Source: the human T2T-CHM13v2.0 reference genome, Homo sapiens
Strand: one strand, 5' to 3'
Assembly (NCBI RefSeq): GCF_009914755.1
Contig: NC_060927.1
DNA length: 64,000 nucleotides
Under the pieces are notes generated by a model, which ran no database searches, was not told the DNA's origin, and saw only the letters and a list, made by a program, of their open reading frames with translations. Position numbers and translations under genes: made by a program. Positions 26,803 to 41,584 of this stretch are shown piece after piece; positions within the stretch are counted from its first letter, which is position 1, and the number at the start of each line of letters is the position of its first letter.

Positions 26803-28259
26803 TACATTTTCTACTTGTATGAAAAACTGATGTAAACAAATCTTGTAGGCTCTTGAAGAATAGTAGCTTCTAAAATGCCTCTGCCTGTCCTATTTGAAGA
26901 CTACTGTAGTAACACCTAGCATGAGTTCCCTGAAAATATTAATGCTAAGAAAGGAATACTGTCTTTACACCCCTTATAGAGGTTGAGCAGTGATTCTTTT
27001 CCAGCTCACTACGTGCTGCTTTTGCTTTCAGTTTTATCCCTGCATTCTCAACTCATGACTTTGTTCCTTGGCCCAACTCCCTGAGCATATCAAGGCCAAG
27101 GAATGATTTGAGCTTCTTAAGTGTCTTCTTCACCTCAAAATGTCTTTTTATTTTCACTAATTTTCTTTTTTTCCCGATGGTCAAGTAGAAAGATGTTCCT
27201 TTCTTTCTTTCCACATTAATCCAGCTAAGAGGCCATTGTCTCTTATATCCTTTATCATCAGTTATCTGTTCCCCAATCTTGATTTCTACTATGGAAATTT
27301 GTTTATTTGAAAGATAGGTCTGAAACAAGAGTCTTTTGATGATCTTCATAACGCTCTTTCCTCTCAAGCTGTTGTTCTTCATGCCCAACTCCTGGTAAAT
27401 GTGGGTCACTTCCCTATCTTCACCATTTCATCATCACCTCTTACTTTAACCGCTTGTTTCCTAGCTTTGTGCCCTGCCACTTAGAGAAACTTCTTCTCCT
27501 TTGAGGTTCACACATGGTTTGTCAGTAAACAAGAAGTCACATCCATTGTGACTTCTTAACCTCACTGGACGTTGTCAGTGACACTCTTTCTTATGTATCC
27601 CCTCCCCTGACTTGTGTGACCCTGAATTATAGTATCTTGTTAATTAAGGAGCATGTATGTGCACCATTTGCTGGCTTATTTCTCCCCTCACCATCTCAGC
27701 TCTCTTAGCCCTTCTTCCCTAAACATAATGTGAAGGTTTTGCACCCCTCCCAGGACTTGACATACTGCCCTTATTCCTGAGCTGTCACCTCTGTGTTAGG
27801 GCCCATATCAAACCAATTACTGGACATTTACACATTTCTACCTACCCTTCAAATTCCTTGCAATTACATGTAAATTCAAAAGTTCCCTGCTGTTATAATG
27901 TATTAATTTTTTATACATTGTAAATAGATTAATAATAATTACTTGGTAATATAAACAATACTATTTATTAGTATACATTATAAATAATTTTAACTAGTGG
28001 ATACATCTTGAAGTCCAGTGAGATGCACATTTACTCCTTGGGTTCAAAAGCCTGATCCTTTCCTAACTTCTTAGATACCTCTTCATTTTGCTTCTTAGTC
28101 TTCATTCCCACCACTAAAACTTAGTTCACCCTACAAACTTTTACTCTAGCTTTGTCTCTCACATCTCCCCTTCATTTTTCTCAACACTTAATCATCAGGA
28201 AAAGTTTCCTACAAAACTAATTTTTCTCCTTATCTTCACCTCTGCCCTATTCCTTTAGC

Positions 28260-28910
28260 TATATATTTGTTCATTAGTCTGCTTATTTTGTATTTAGTAT
28301 GTTCAACAAATATTAGATGCTAATTCATTGCCTATTAAGGAGATTATAAAAATGAACAAAACAGACATGGAGTCTTCCACAAAATTTACACACTAATGAG
28401 GAAGACAGACATTAAACAAATACCTAGAAAATAAGTGAATTATACTGTAATAAATGCTCCAAAGTCTACTTCCCCTCCTTCTGTGGGGAGGTTTTCAATA
28501 AACTGGAGTGACAGAGTGAGGGAACTGACACTGTATTTGTACATAGCATTTCAGCAAGTGAAATCGTGGCTATGAGAGTATTTTAGGTGTAAGGACGAGC
28601 AACAGCAAAGGGAGGAAGTGCCCTGGAGTCTTGGTGAAATGTTGAGTAAGGCAGTTCGGTGTGGGTGTGGGGGATGTGCAGAGGAGGAGGGGAAGTCTAG
28701 CATGTGAATTAACAGTAGTGAACACTGTCCATTATACTTCGAAGCATTTTACACGCTTTATCCCAGGTTTTCTCACAAAAACCTTACAAGGAAGCGATGT
28801 TACCCCATTTTTCAGAGGAAGAATTAGAGGTTTAGAAAGGTTTATTATTCGAGATCATGGACTTGGCAAGTGGCACAACCAGTATGCAGTCACAGCTCTC
28901 TTACCCCAAG
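28260..28910 (-). mobile_element. L2 fragment followed by a MIR
   Basis: ttcaacaaatattaga...atgaacaaaacagacatgg (L2); ccccattttcagaggaagaa...cacaaccagta (MIR). Confidence 0.55.
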
Positions 28911-30440
28911 CTTGGGCTATTATCAGTAAATTTGGAGCCATAGTGATCCTGTGCGATGTGAGGAGCACGTGGCTCTTTCTAGGATGCTTTCCTTCACCAC
29001 CCCTCTTTGGACTTCTAGGTCTGTAAATACTACTTTGATGACATTGAATCTGTGCTCCTTGAAGACAGGAATCATTCATCCTTGTATTTTTTCAGGGCTC
29101 CTAGCATTTTGTCTTGCCTCAAATAGATATTCTATAAACAGTTACTGAATAACTATGCTACAGTCATCAGCCTTCACATGGACATTTACATTAGGACCAT
29201 CTGATATGCCTTAACTGAAAACAATTGCCAAAGCATGTGACTGGCACTGCCTTCATTTTTCATAATTTTATTAGTGCCCCCCTGTTTCCTTCCTAGGGTT
29301 CATATGTACACAAACCACCAGACCAAAAAAAAAAAAAAAAAAAGAAAAAGAAATATATCAGTAATTCTCTGTAGCAACAACGAAAATGGGAAATTAGCAA
29401 GCAGCTCAGCTCATTCAGATGCGCAGCCAGCTCTAGGGATCACTGCTTATGTCATTTGTATCCTATGATTAGGAATATCTTTTGAAAATTTGGGAGAGGT
29501 ACTCAGGATATTAAATAAGAACAGCTTCTAAGAGAAACTCGCTCCTAGCTTCTTTTTTTTTTTTTTGGAGGCAAATTTGAACACCTGAAACATTAAGAAT
29601 CATTTGGGGGTGGGGAATAGATAGATTGGCAGGGCATATAAATGTTTATTTCTTGTAATGTATAATAAAAAAGGAACCAGTGCAATGGGAAGCAGTGGCA
29701 AGTGTGTCCCTGAGAAAGACAGACCGACACAAAGACTGAGAGCCAAGTAACAGAATTGGAGAGAGAAAAACAGGCGCTTAGTTTAACGCTACAGAAGCAA
29801 TATGCTACTTTGTGCAGAGTACACATGTGAAGTACTCCAGGTCAAACATTGGACTTCTCCTAGTCTGAGGTTTTTGTTCTTTGTTGCTGCCACTGCTAAT
29901 TAGGAACACAGTGCAGTTTGTTTTCTCTGTGAGGAATTCTTTTCTCATATAAGCTCCTTAGGATAAGATGGATGCTGTTGGGAAGGGTAAGTGCTTGCCA
30001 TGGGCAAAAATATACATAGAGTAAGAAAAGGAGGTTTACCAAAGGATAGATTTGGACATTTTCTAAGAAAATGGAAGATTATAAGATCCAAGAGAGAAAT
30101 TGCTATAGAAAGATTCAGAGCCAGGCACAAGAGAGGGCACATCTTGGACTCTGTTACTTTGGCTGAGGAATGTGTTCAGTGGTGTGCATATGCTTTCGTT
30201 ATGCTGTGACTAAATTTCTTTCCCACGTGGGGAAAAAAATGGTGCTTGGATTCACTGTGCCTATGGGGTGGTGGTGGAGAGGTGGTCCAGAAGGGAAGAG
30301 TGGTGATGTCAGAACATGTTTGCATTTTCAGCTGTTTGCCTCACACCTAATGACACCTACACGCTTTATTGTTTTGTCTTTTGGAAATAAATATACATGT
30401 ATCTCACACAGTCATGTTGGAAATAAATGGAATATATATA

Positions 30441-30587
<147 letters not shown>

Positions 30588-31038
30588 TGAGGATCCTAGC
30601 AAGATATTTTTCCCTAAATGTAAATATTTACTATTGCTATATATAAAACCAGGCTTATGAAGAGATAACATTTTCCTTAAGGGAAAAATATGACTAGACA
30701 ATATGTTACATGATGTGAAATTAATACCATGTTCAATTTTAAACAATGAAAAGTTTTTCAATAGCCAAAACTTACTTTGTAGGGTACGCCCACATCAAGT
30801 GCTTCTATTAAGACTTCAGGTCAGTTGACACTTTTTTTTTTTTTTTTTATAATGTTAGCAAGTTCCAAACTGGAAAAACAAGGGTGTTGCCAGTGGAGGT
30901 TGAGGTGAATTGAAGGGAGGGCGGGATGCCACCACCGCAAGCCAGCATGGAGGTGCTGTGGTCAGTGCATTTCAGGGATATGAAATGCAACCCCACCCCT
31001 GCAGACAAGAGTTTCAGAATGCATTTTCTGTTTTTCAG

Positions 31039-31186
31039 GATGAATCTTCAAGTCATGAATGTAACCAGCGCACAATCCTTCTCTATGGAGTCGGCAAAGA
31101 GCGTGATGAAGCAAGGCATCAGCTGAAGAAGATTACCAAAGATATCCTGAAAATTCTAAATAAGAAGAGCACCACAGAGACAGGGG
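31039..31186 (+). CDS. MED12L: MED12L internal exon (1st in window) DESSSHECNQRTILLYGVGK...TTETG
   Basis: ttttctgtttttcAG / G|GTAAAG; 148 nt, phase 0 to 1; MED12-family sequence. Confidence 0.95.
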
Positions 31187-32950
31187 GTAAAGAACCTTAA
31201 TGCATTTGCTCCCATTGTGTTGCCTTTTGCCTTCCCTCTGAGCACAGTCTTTATCAAAGTGTTCTATGTCACTGTCAACAGAGCGTTTCCCCTCCTGAAT
31301 GACTCTCACATTGAAATGTGAACAAGCACATTTAAATTTTAAAGCCTTGTTTCCATTTATAGCAACCCTTGTATTAAAATATTAATACAAGGTATTAATA
31401 TTAAATATTATTTTATTAAAATATTGTATTCCATAGGTAGGTGTAGGTAATTTATTCTGATTTTTGGTATACTTCTCAAATTTTCTATAGTAGTAATAAA
31501 TGAAGTACTGAAGAATGAGTTGAAAACCTTTAGTCTGGAAGAGATCCATTTCTCTGTTTCTTTACCATAATTTTCCAAGCTTGTGGTTAGTTTTTTTTCT
31601 GGGGCACTCACATTTGCATGTTAATTGAAAATCATGACAGCATATTTGCTCACCTTTTCTTGCATTATTGAGAAAAATGATTGCAGTAGGTAGTGATGGC
31701 TACCTATATCTCCAAATGATTTCAAATAAAAGAATTTGATCTTTGCTCTATAATGTCTTCTTTAGTTGAAATGCTCTTTCCTCATCCTTTTGACATAGTT
31801 TTTACAGTGAAGCTGTGCCTTTATGTTGTATCACCACATTGCATAATTGGAATTTTGTAATTATCCACTTCACGTTTGCCTAATTATTCTTTTCAAGGTT
31901 TGTTTATTTCATTAGGCAATCAAATTATTTTAAATATATAATTAGGTATCCTGCTACCACCACTGGTGTTTATTTCTCTAATACTTAAATCATAGAAGGA
32001 AAAAGAAAGTTTGTGTTTACTCTATGTAAACAACATTCTTCCTGCACGTGGTATAAACCACCTCTAGGAGCCCTACTGTTCTGTAGTACATATACTTTTT
32101 TATGGACTCTTCACAGGAGATCCAGTTCCTAGACTTTAGCAGGATAAATTGCTAGAATTTGTCCACCCTAGATCTTTACTAGAGAAAAATACAGATCTTA
32201 ATAATGAAGATAGGTTCTCTTTCTTCCCGGTCAATCATGGTGCACATGCAGAAACATGGTACAAGAGGCAGTGTGTTTCTATCTGCATATGGCATTCTGG
32301 GTATCTGATGTCAGAGGTGATAGTCCTCAGAACACAGTGGGAAAGTTATCCTTCCTGTTATTCACATCACCTTCCCTAACTCCCTTCCATTCCCAGTTAA
32401 GGGCTTTGAAATACCTCAGCTCTCTGAGGAAGCAACCAAGAGTTGTGGAAGGGAAATGAAACCTTCTTGTTGATGTGTCATTATTGAGTTTGAAAAAAGA
32501 AAGTGCTCTGTCTAAGAAAACTGTTTATCTGTTGTTTTGGTGTTTTCTCTGTCTTAGAGAAAAGAGGAAACAGTTGCATTTAGAAGATTGAATTTAGAAG
32601 CCCTGAAACTAGCTAGCAAAGAATATTTAAAACTACTTTTGGTATACTTGGCAATGGGGTAGGGGGGAGTCAGTATTTCCTTCAGGAGGTTCGTAATACA
32701 TATTTTATCTAAATTATTTTTAGAGGGTCTTTCCAGATCCTATGGAACTTTTTAGAAGGCTTGAGGGGTATGGGAAGGGGAAGGAAGCAATGTGGTATCC
32801 TTTTCTGTTGAGCGTACTAACTTCCTTCACAGCTTTTTAATGCCACACTATAGTTTGTCCTGTCTTTGTAGCAGTCCCTCAAATAGGCAATTCTAGCATA
32901 TGAACTCACAAAGCGAAAAACATTGTTGTTCTGTGCTGCCTTTTGAGAAA

Positions 32951-33303
32951 CAGGTGAGGTATTCCTTATACGAAGTGCTTGGGACCAGAAGGGTTTTGGA
33001 TTTTGGATAGTTTCACATTTTTGAATATTTGCATATATAATGAGAAATCTTGGGGATGAGACCCAAGTCTAAACATGAAACTCATTTATGTTTCATATAC
33101 ACTTTATATACATACCCTGAAGGTAATTTTATTTTTCTCTTGAGGATGCTTAATAAACTGTGTTGTGTGTCTACATTTTGACTGTGACCTGTTGTGTGAG
33201 ATCAAGTGTGGAATTTTCTACTTGTGACATTATGTCTGCACTCAAAGTTTCATATTTTGGAGAATTTCAGATTTTGGATTCTCAGAATAGGGATCCTCAA
33301 CCT
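32951..33303. mobile_element. Tigger4/MER46-like Tc1-mariner MITE
   Basis: Terminal inverted ends caggtgaggtattcctta ... tagggatcctcaacct; internal tgcttgggaccagaag and acccaagtctaaaca. Confidence 0.75.
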
Positions 33304-34838
33304 TTTTCAGTAAATAGAAACATCATCTGTGGAACCACATCGTTGGGAGGGGATTTTTGACTTTCTTTCATTTTAGATAAAGTTCCTTAACCAGAAAGCT
33401 GTTAATTTGGGATGTAGTGAGCTGCTGTATTGTAAATAATCTTAATTTTAAGTCACTAGTTAAAACTTAGTGTAAGCACCAGAAATTAGCTAACTGTACT
33501 TCATATTAATGGAAATATGCCCACTTTTTTCAGCAACATGAGTACTGGTAAGGAAAACAGACCTTGTGTTAGCATGTATTTGATTTCTGGGAACACATGA
33601 AAATAATATTTTGAGGAACCAACTCATTAGGAGTGTTGTCAGATCAGCCAGGTCTTGCCTAGGGGAATTTATAGTATAAAGTTTAAATAACATTTCCAGT
33701 TGAATGATCAAAGTTCATTTTTCATTTGCCTTGACCAGTTATCTTTTTTGGTTGTCAATGGTGTATCTTTTGAAAATATTAGTGAAGTTTACTATGACAA
33801 CCTTTAAGAGGCTAAAGTTTCAGGACTTAAAGATTTTTAAAAAAGAAAATCAAAATTAAGCAACAAAAGAGCAATAATATGTCATAAAAGCAAATTAACA
33901 TAAGAAAGATGAGGAAAAATATATATTGACTATAATGTTACTCATGTAAATATCATTAAAATAAAGTATTTCGTTGAGAATCACCACTGATTTCTTACAT
34001 TTTGCTGTTAAAATGAGTATAAATTGCTAAGAACCAATTACATTCTTTTACATGAAGTTTTAAGAAGTTAGTGATACATAGATAAATGGAGTCCATTAAC
34101 ACAAACAAATAAAAAGGTGCACTTGGGAGTTTTTAGTAGGATCTACTTCTTTAAGTCTGTTGTTATTATTTGTTTTGTCCCAGGAAGAACTGAATCAATG
34201 CATTAATTTCACTTTTAAGGCATTTTGTGCACAAGACTATTGATGTTAGCTCTTCAGCCTTGGATCAAAGATGTTAGTAAATGAAAAATTCAAAACTTGG
34301 TTATTTTAAACATGCTCATGACATGTGAGCAGCTACAGTGAAGGCAAAATTTCATACATAATTTGTACTTTTGAGAATAGACATTGAAAAAATAAGCAGG
34401 TTTAATGAATTTGTTAGTTCCTAATCTTTGCATTATATTTGGTGTTACTGGCCAAAAGTGGCACAAGCTTGTAACTTATGTTACCCCAGCACCTTTAAAT
34501 TCTGATGTACTCTAGCATCAAGGTTTCTTTGTTAGGGAATTAGAAAAGAACCAGCCTTGTGGTGTTTTGTTTTATTTTGTTTTTGACTGTAACCACTAAT
34601 TGCTTATTGTTGAAAGAGAAGTCTCTTTTATTTTCATGTTATTGTTTAAGACCATTACATTTGCCATTAGCAAAATATTTTTGAGTTCAGTGAAATCTTG
34701 TTCATTTCTTGTGTCTTTAATAGAGAAATCTGTAAAGTAACCTTTGTTCTCTGAAATTAAACTTTCCTAAAGAAGACGACAGTGTGAGGAGTAGAACTCT
34801 TGTCTTGGTAGCCTTTAACTACTTAGAATCACAGTGCT

Positions 34839-35154
<316 letters not shown>

Positions 35155-36099
35155 CTAGAAATGACATTATCAATCATATATCCAACTTTTCCTTTTTGTT
35201 TTTAGATTTGTCTTTGTAAACATAAAATATTAAAGTATTTAAAAGCAGGATTGAAGCTAGCTTTGGATTTTATTGTTAGAACAGTTAAGAAGAGTACCCC
35301 TAGAATAAGCAATGCTTATTTTTTTTAATTGGAATTTTCTTCAAACCTCTTTATGCTAATTTGATAAACATGTCACTTCTTCATTAATGTGGAATGATTT
35401 AATTTTTTGCCACTATTAAAAAAGGAATCATGTAATTTCTTTTTTAAAAAATATATTAAACTGTGTCAGAAAAGTAACAAGATGAGTCTCCAAAGAAGAT
35501 GCCAAGCAAGTGTTTGATTAAGTCAAAGTGAGCCCAGGAGATCTCCCCACCTTCATTGTGGATATCATTGTAATTTAAAAGTTGTTTAGTGAGAAATGTT
35601 TATAAAGGCACTTTTTATGATAGCTAAAATCTGGAAACTACTCACTAGAATGGTTAAGTAAATGGTGGTACAGTAACACATTGGAATACTGTAAATAAGT
35701 GAGAATTATTAGTTTTTAGAACACATTAAAATTACCTCAGCAACATGAATCAATCTTAAAAGCATACTGTTGATTGCAAGATGCCAGATGTGGAAAGCAT
35801 ATACTATATGATTTCCTTTATATATAAAGTTCCGGTGTAGGCAATAGCAATCTAAGTTGTTAGGTGTCAGGATTTTGATCTCCTAGGGAGGGAGACATGC
35901 CTAGAGAGGCCTGAGGGAGTTTCTGAGATTCCATTCTGTTACTTTGCATTCAAGTCTTATTGTGTATTTATTTTATTGAAATTCATAGAATTTGTGCACT
36001 TTTCTGTATGTATGCTATACTTTAAAAAAAAGTATCCATTAAAAATGTCGAGAGCTTCTATTAAATGGAAAATAATGGATCTGCTTTATGTTTATGTAG

Positions 36100-36218
36100 T
36101 TGGGGACGAAGGACAAAAAGCCAGGAAGAACAAACAGGAGACATTTCCAACACTGGAGACTGTGTTCACTAAACTCCAGCTCCTTTCATATTTTGATCAA
36201 CATCAAGTGACATCTCAG
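36100..36218 (+). CDS. MED12L: MED12L internal exon (2nd) VGDEGQKARKNK...HQVTSQ
   Basis: AG at 36098-36099, CAG|GTAGCC; 119 nt, phase 1 to 0. Confidence 0.93.
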
Positions 36219-36874
36219 GTAGCCATTTAAAGCTGTTTATTATGCATTTGCAGTATTCTAATTTACTTAAAAATTTTTTTCATGCAGTATATTTTCTCAA
36301 CCTTAATGGTTTTAGACATATATTTTATAAACATACTTGGAAGTATCTCAGACTATTGAGTAGTTCTTTTAAGTGTCAGGTTGCCTTCCTCGAAGGATTA
36401 ATTTTTATTATGTACTTTTTTTGTCCTTATGATAATAATCGGTGACATATAAAGTAATAGCTAATGAAATAGTTAGGTTATTAGAGTTTGGTCCTATATT
36501 GCAATTGATGAGAAATCTGTTGATGATTGAAATAAAATACTACGAAATTGAGAAGAAAACACATCTGTTTTCCTTTACAAATCCATTGATATTCAAATGG
36601 TTGTGTCTAAAAATTAATATTTGTAGTTGTTCTACCATTAGAATACTTAAGATTTAGGTCTGAATGACAACTTTTTGTATTTTTTAAAATTGTAGTTATG
36701 AAGAAATCATTTTCTTTGTACATAGTTTTATAGTTTCTATAGAAACACGTTTTGACTTTCGTCAAAGTAGAATCATGTATAGATTCAACTGTCTTAAAAA
36801 GTAAAAATGATTTATCTTAGTAAAAGATTATTTAGAATATTGGTCTTACAATATTTTTGTTTTTATTTGCACAG

Positions 36875-37018
36875 ATTTCTAACAATGTGCTAGAACAAAT
36901 CACAAGCTTTGCGTCAGGAACATCCTATCATCTCCCTTTGGCTCACCACATTCAGCTCATCTTTGATCTCATGGAGCCAGCACTGAACATCAACGGACTA
37001 ATTGACTTCGCAATACAG
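36875..37018 (+). CDS. MED12L: MED12L internal exon (3rd) [12 protein letters not shown]...LIDFAIQ
   Basis: ttgcacAG / CAG|GTGTCA; 144 nt, phase 0 to 0. Confidence 0.95.
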
Positions 37019-37096
37019 GTGTCAAAGAGACCATGTTTCTCTTACTTTTAGGAAAGCAAATCCACCAGGCATTGTGCAATTTAAAGTGAGCCAATT

Positions 37097-37407
<311 letters not shown>

Positions 37408-38191
37408 TCAATGAACCAATTGCTGTACATTAACATCATTTTAGGGACATAGTACAATTTTGAATAATTTAGACATTGTGAATTAACAGTCTTAAACTAA
37501 CATTTTATTTAAAGTTGTGTTCATAGTTTTCAATTAAATAATTATCATTGGTGCCAAAATATATACCATTTAAAAATGTGAGAGTTTTGAGTGTTTCTTC
37601 TGTTTTTTTTTGTTGTTGTTGTTGTTTTTCTTTTGGTCTTTGTTATTTTCCTGAAGCAAAGATGAAAGTTTATTTGCTCTTTATAATAGAGCATGTTTTA
37701 GGTTAAGAGCCAGAACAAACCTTATGATTTGATTTGCCCCACTGTGTTATTTCTTATGCACATTTGAGTTCATTATTTCCTTCTGCTATTAGCAAACAGA
37801 AATAAGACTTGGTGTCCTTTGTTTATTTTATAGGAGATATTAACTTTGTTAATGAAAAGAAAAGCCAAATAACTTTCATTTTATTAAAAAGACAAAGGGG
37901 AGAAAAGTGAGGGGTGGGGTTTTCTAAAATTATACAGTCCAGGACCTTGCACTGCCCTGAAGTTTCAGTACCTTATTTCAGCACTGGGTACTTCCTAATT
38001 GTATACATCCTGATGTCTAGACAGAAGAACAACTCTATAAATTGGAAAAGGATTAAAAATTTTAAAAAAGTTAAATTTAGGGAATGTATTTGTAGTGTAA
38101 TGACTCAGTATATCTGTGGTTTATAAAAATACATGTTTTCTCTATTTGTTTTGGCACCTACATGTTTATTCAGTCTTTTCTCCTGTTACAG

Positions 38192-38355
38192 TTACTAAAT
38201 GAACTGAGTGTTGTGGAAGCTGAACTGCTCCTAAAATCCTCCAGCCTGGCAGGAAGTTATACAACAGGACTGTGTGTCTGCATCGTGGCTGTTCTCAGGC
38301 GCTATCACAGTTGTCTAATCTTGAATCCTGATCAGACAGCCCAGGTGTTTGAAGG
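38192..38355 (+). CDS. MED12L: MED12L internal exon (4th) [17 protein letters not shown]...AQVFEG
   Basis: ctgttacAG / GG|GTTGGT; 164 nt, phase 0 to 2. Confidence 0.94.
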
Positions 38356-39911
38356 GTTGGTATATAGCATGTCATTGTTGTTTTTCCAATCTCAGAATGT
38401 ATAACTAGTGATGAAATATTATAGTGGCTTTAAAAGAAAAATAGTACTGATACCTGTTTTAGTTAAAACATGGTTAAAGAACACTCTTGCCAGAAAACAT
38501 CGATCAAAAAGGTCTAAGCATGTAAAGTATGTTCTTTCTAATAATGTGTGATTCCTTCTTCCCTTCCTCCTTGCCTTTCTTCCCTCTCCCTGGTTTCTAA
38601 GTACAAAGCTAGTCATTTATAGCACTCTACGGTTAATGTTGGCCAGCATCCTGGCATATTATGAATAGTGAATGCTGTAACTTCTTTATTCATGTAATTT
38701 CAGTTTATGTTTGCAGACTCAACATCAAATAAGCTTTGCATACATTATCATCTTAGAAATTTGGTTCTTCAATTGCATTTCTTTGATTAAAGATATCTTT
38801 TGATAAGAATTAACCTAGAACAAATTACTTCATTTTCAGTTGTAGGCTGGGGCTTACTCTACTAGTGAAGTTGAGCTACAGAATTAGCTAATACCACCCC
38901 CATTAAAGACTGAGGCTAAGGCACCAAATTAGTGTAAATGAGCTCTCAAAAACTTACATAAGCTGCTTTTTATCCACTCTCCAGGGCTTTTTATTTAAAC
39001 ACAGAAAGACAACCTGTTATTTCTTTCTCTTCAGTTTTTCCTTCTGAGCTCAAAAGAATCATGGGGTTCTTTGGTTTTATAGTACCTTTTATTTTTTTAA
39101 TCTAGCACATGTAATCAATTTATATGCTATCCTAGAATGATATCAATTTAACAGTAGCTCTTCTGGGAAAGAGGAAATGCTACCTTTATTTGTATTAATT
39201 ACATGTTATGAAATGAAATCTGAAACATCCTAAAAACATCAGAATGTAAGAATATTTACATATTAGAATTCAGGAAATAGAGAATTATTTAATAACTCAA
39301 CTACTGTATAAAGTTTGAATTTAGTATTATTTTACAGCCCAGGAAATTGAGATTCAGGCCTGTTAAGTGTTTGGTGAAGTGATGTACCCTATATCACATA
39401 GCTAATAAATCTCACAGATTTTAATAAAAATCTTTCGAACTGGAAGCTTATTCATGCTGTTTAATCTATGTTCTACTTTTAAAATAGTATATTGAAACCC
39501 ATTAGTTGGTCATGAAATGAATTTAATGGGTTGTGACAAGTTTTTTTGTTTTTGTTTTTTGTTTTTAATATTGTTATTTTGAAATTGATTTCAGTATCAT
39601 TTAGTTTGGCCTTGAAAATTTTTATCCTGTTAAATATTCATAAAATCATATTTGACATTAACTTTGTTGTATTTTTACCTTATATTAGTAAGGATAAGTA
39701 TTATGCTTAAAACTATTATTTCACTTCTTCGTACTTACGTGAACAGTACACTGGATTACGATGTGAAATGTTTTTCTTATTGCTTGCAAATCAAAGAAGT
39801 TGAGGAAACACTGACTACTATACGATGGATACCTAAACCTAACAGACTCTGAATAAATGTTTATTTACTTTAGTCACAAAATAATTTTTCGCTTTATAGA
39901 TAATATCAGGA

Positions 39912-40261
39912 TTTTGTTTAACTTTTATTTTAGAGCAGATTTATTACAGGTTTATTACAAAGGTATATTGCTTGGTGCTGAGGTTTCAGGTTATGATTGA
40001 AACCATCAGGAAGTGAGCATAGTACTCAGTAGGTAGTTTTGCAGACCTTTCCTCTGCTCTCTGTCTCCCCACTTCAGTAGTCCCCAGTGTCTGTTGTTCT
40101 CATCCTTATGTCCACGTGTACCTCATGCTTAGCTCCCACTTACAGTGAGAATATGTGCTTGGCTTTCTGTTTCTGCATTAGTTTGCTTAGGATAATGGCC
40201 TGCAGCTACATCTATATTGCTGCAAAGAGCATGATTTTGTTCTTTTTTATGGCTGCATAGT
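39912..40261 (-). mobile_element. Old L1PA/L1PB 3' fragment
   Basis: ttagctcccacttacagtgagaatatg...ttttatggctgcatagt. Confidence 0.8.
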
Positions 40262-41452
40262 TTTTGGTTTGCTTGTTTATATAGTTAACAGGTTGAATCA
40301 TTACTTTTCTTCTTAATTGTGTGACACTTTTGTTCTAATTGGCAGCTTTTACCTGCTGCTAGGTAGTCCCATCTGTTGATGTCATTTCACAGGGTTTGGG
40401 ATACTACATTGCCATTTCCTCAAGAAGTCTCCTTGGTTCCACCTATGGTACCTGTGATTCCATTGTCCTCCTTGGCCTAGACATCCTATGTTCTCTCCAC
40501 TTTGCCCTTTCCCCTGAATAGTACAGAGGAGTTTGATCTGGGAGTCTGGAAACCTAAGCTGTTGTCTTGCTTCTGCTAGAACTAGCTCTTTGCCTTTGAG
40601 CAAGTCACCCCACCTTTCTGCCTCTCAGAGCCTCCTTTATACAATAAGGATGGTGAATCAGATAGTTTCTAAAGCTTTTTTCATCTTTAATAATCTGTCA
40701 TCTGTGACTCCGTTAGTGTAATATAATGGCTGAGCCCTGTAACAAAATACAAGATGGTGATGGAATCAGATGCACAGATAGGTGAATGGACCACAAGTGT
40801 TTACAGCTGTGGTGTATGGACTTCTGTGTTGTATGGACTGTGGACAAAGAGGCCTATAACTACAGGAGTTATACAGAATATTACAAAACAGAAGGGGCTT
40901 TATCTTCTTATATAAGATAAACTAAAATAAATTTATTACTAGTTGGTATACATAGGGGAATGTATACATGCATAAGGGGAATGTGACTCCAAACCATGAA
41001 CTGCTTATGCACTTGAAAATGGGTTTTCCAGATTGACTGCTTTGAAGCATTGCTCCTTTACAAAGGAGAAAACTTGGGAATCTTTGCACGCTGATGGAAT
41101 TTGTGAATCTGCGGAGGCAGGGGCTCTCTACAACAGTTTTCCTTTTGTGTCTCAGTCCCAGCAACTTAATCGGTGGATTCCTCCATACGTACCTTCTTTA
41201 TGAAGGAATTTCTTTCATTGCTTTTGTTTCTTGTCATCAGTGACATTTCTGAAGTTTTTTTTAAAATCTATTTCAGTGTCATAATAGAAAAATTATATTG
41301 TACTGAGTTATTTACTATTCTATTTATTAGTTTCAACAATCCAATATCCTTTTTCTTACCCAAGTGATACATATTTTCATTCTAAAAGAGTCAAATGATA
41401 ACCCACATAGTACAAATCTATGTCTTATTTCTTCGTATATTTTTCTCCTCAG

Positions 41453-41584
41453 GTTGTGTGGTGTGGTCAAGCATGTCGTAAACCCCTCAGAATGTTCTTC
41501 CCCTGAAAGATGCATTTTAGCCTACCTCTATGATCTCTATGTGTCATGTAGCCACCTCAGAAGTAAATTTGGAGACCTCTTCAG
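41453..41584 (+). CDS. MED12L: MED12L internal exon (5th) [20 protein letters not shown]...FGDLF
   Basis: ttctcctcAG / AG|GTGAGT; 132 nt, phase 2 to 2. Confidence 0.95.

Noticed and set aside
31367-31392. Perfect 11-bp hairpin ccttgtattaa-aata-ttaatacaagg
   Set aside because: Short and in very AT-rich sequence; nothing else suggests function.
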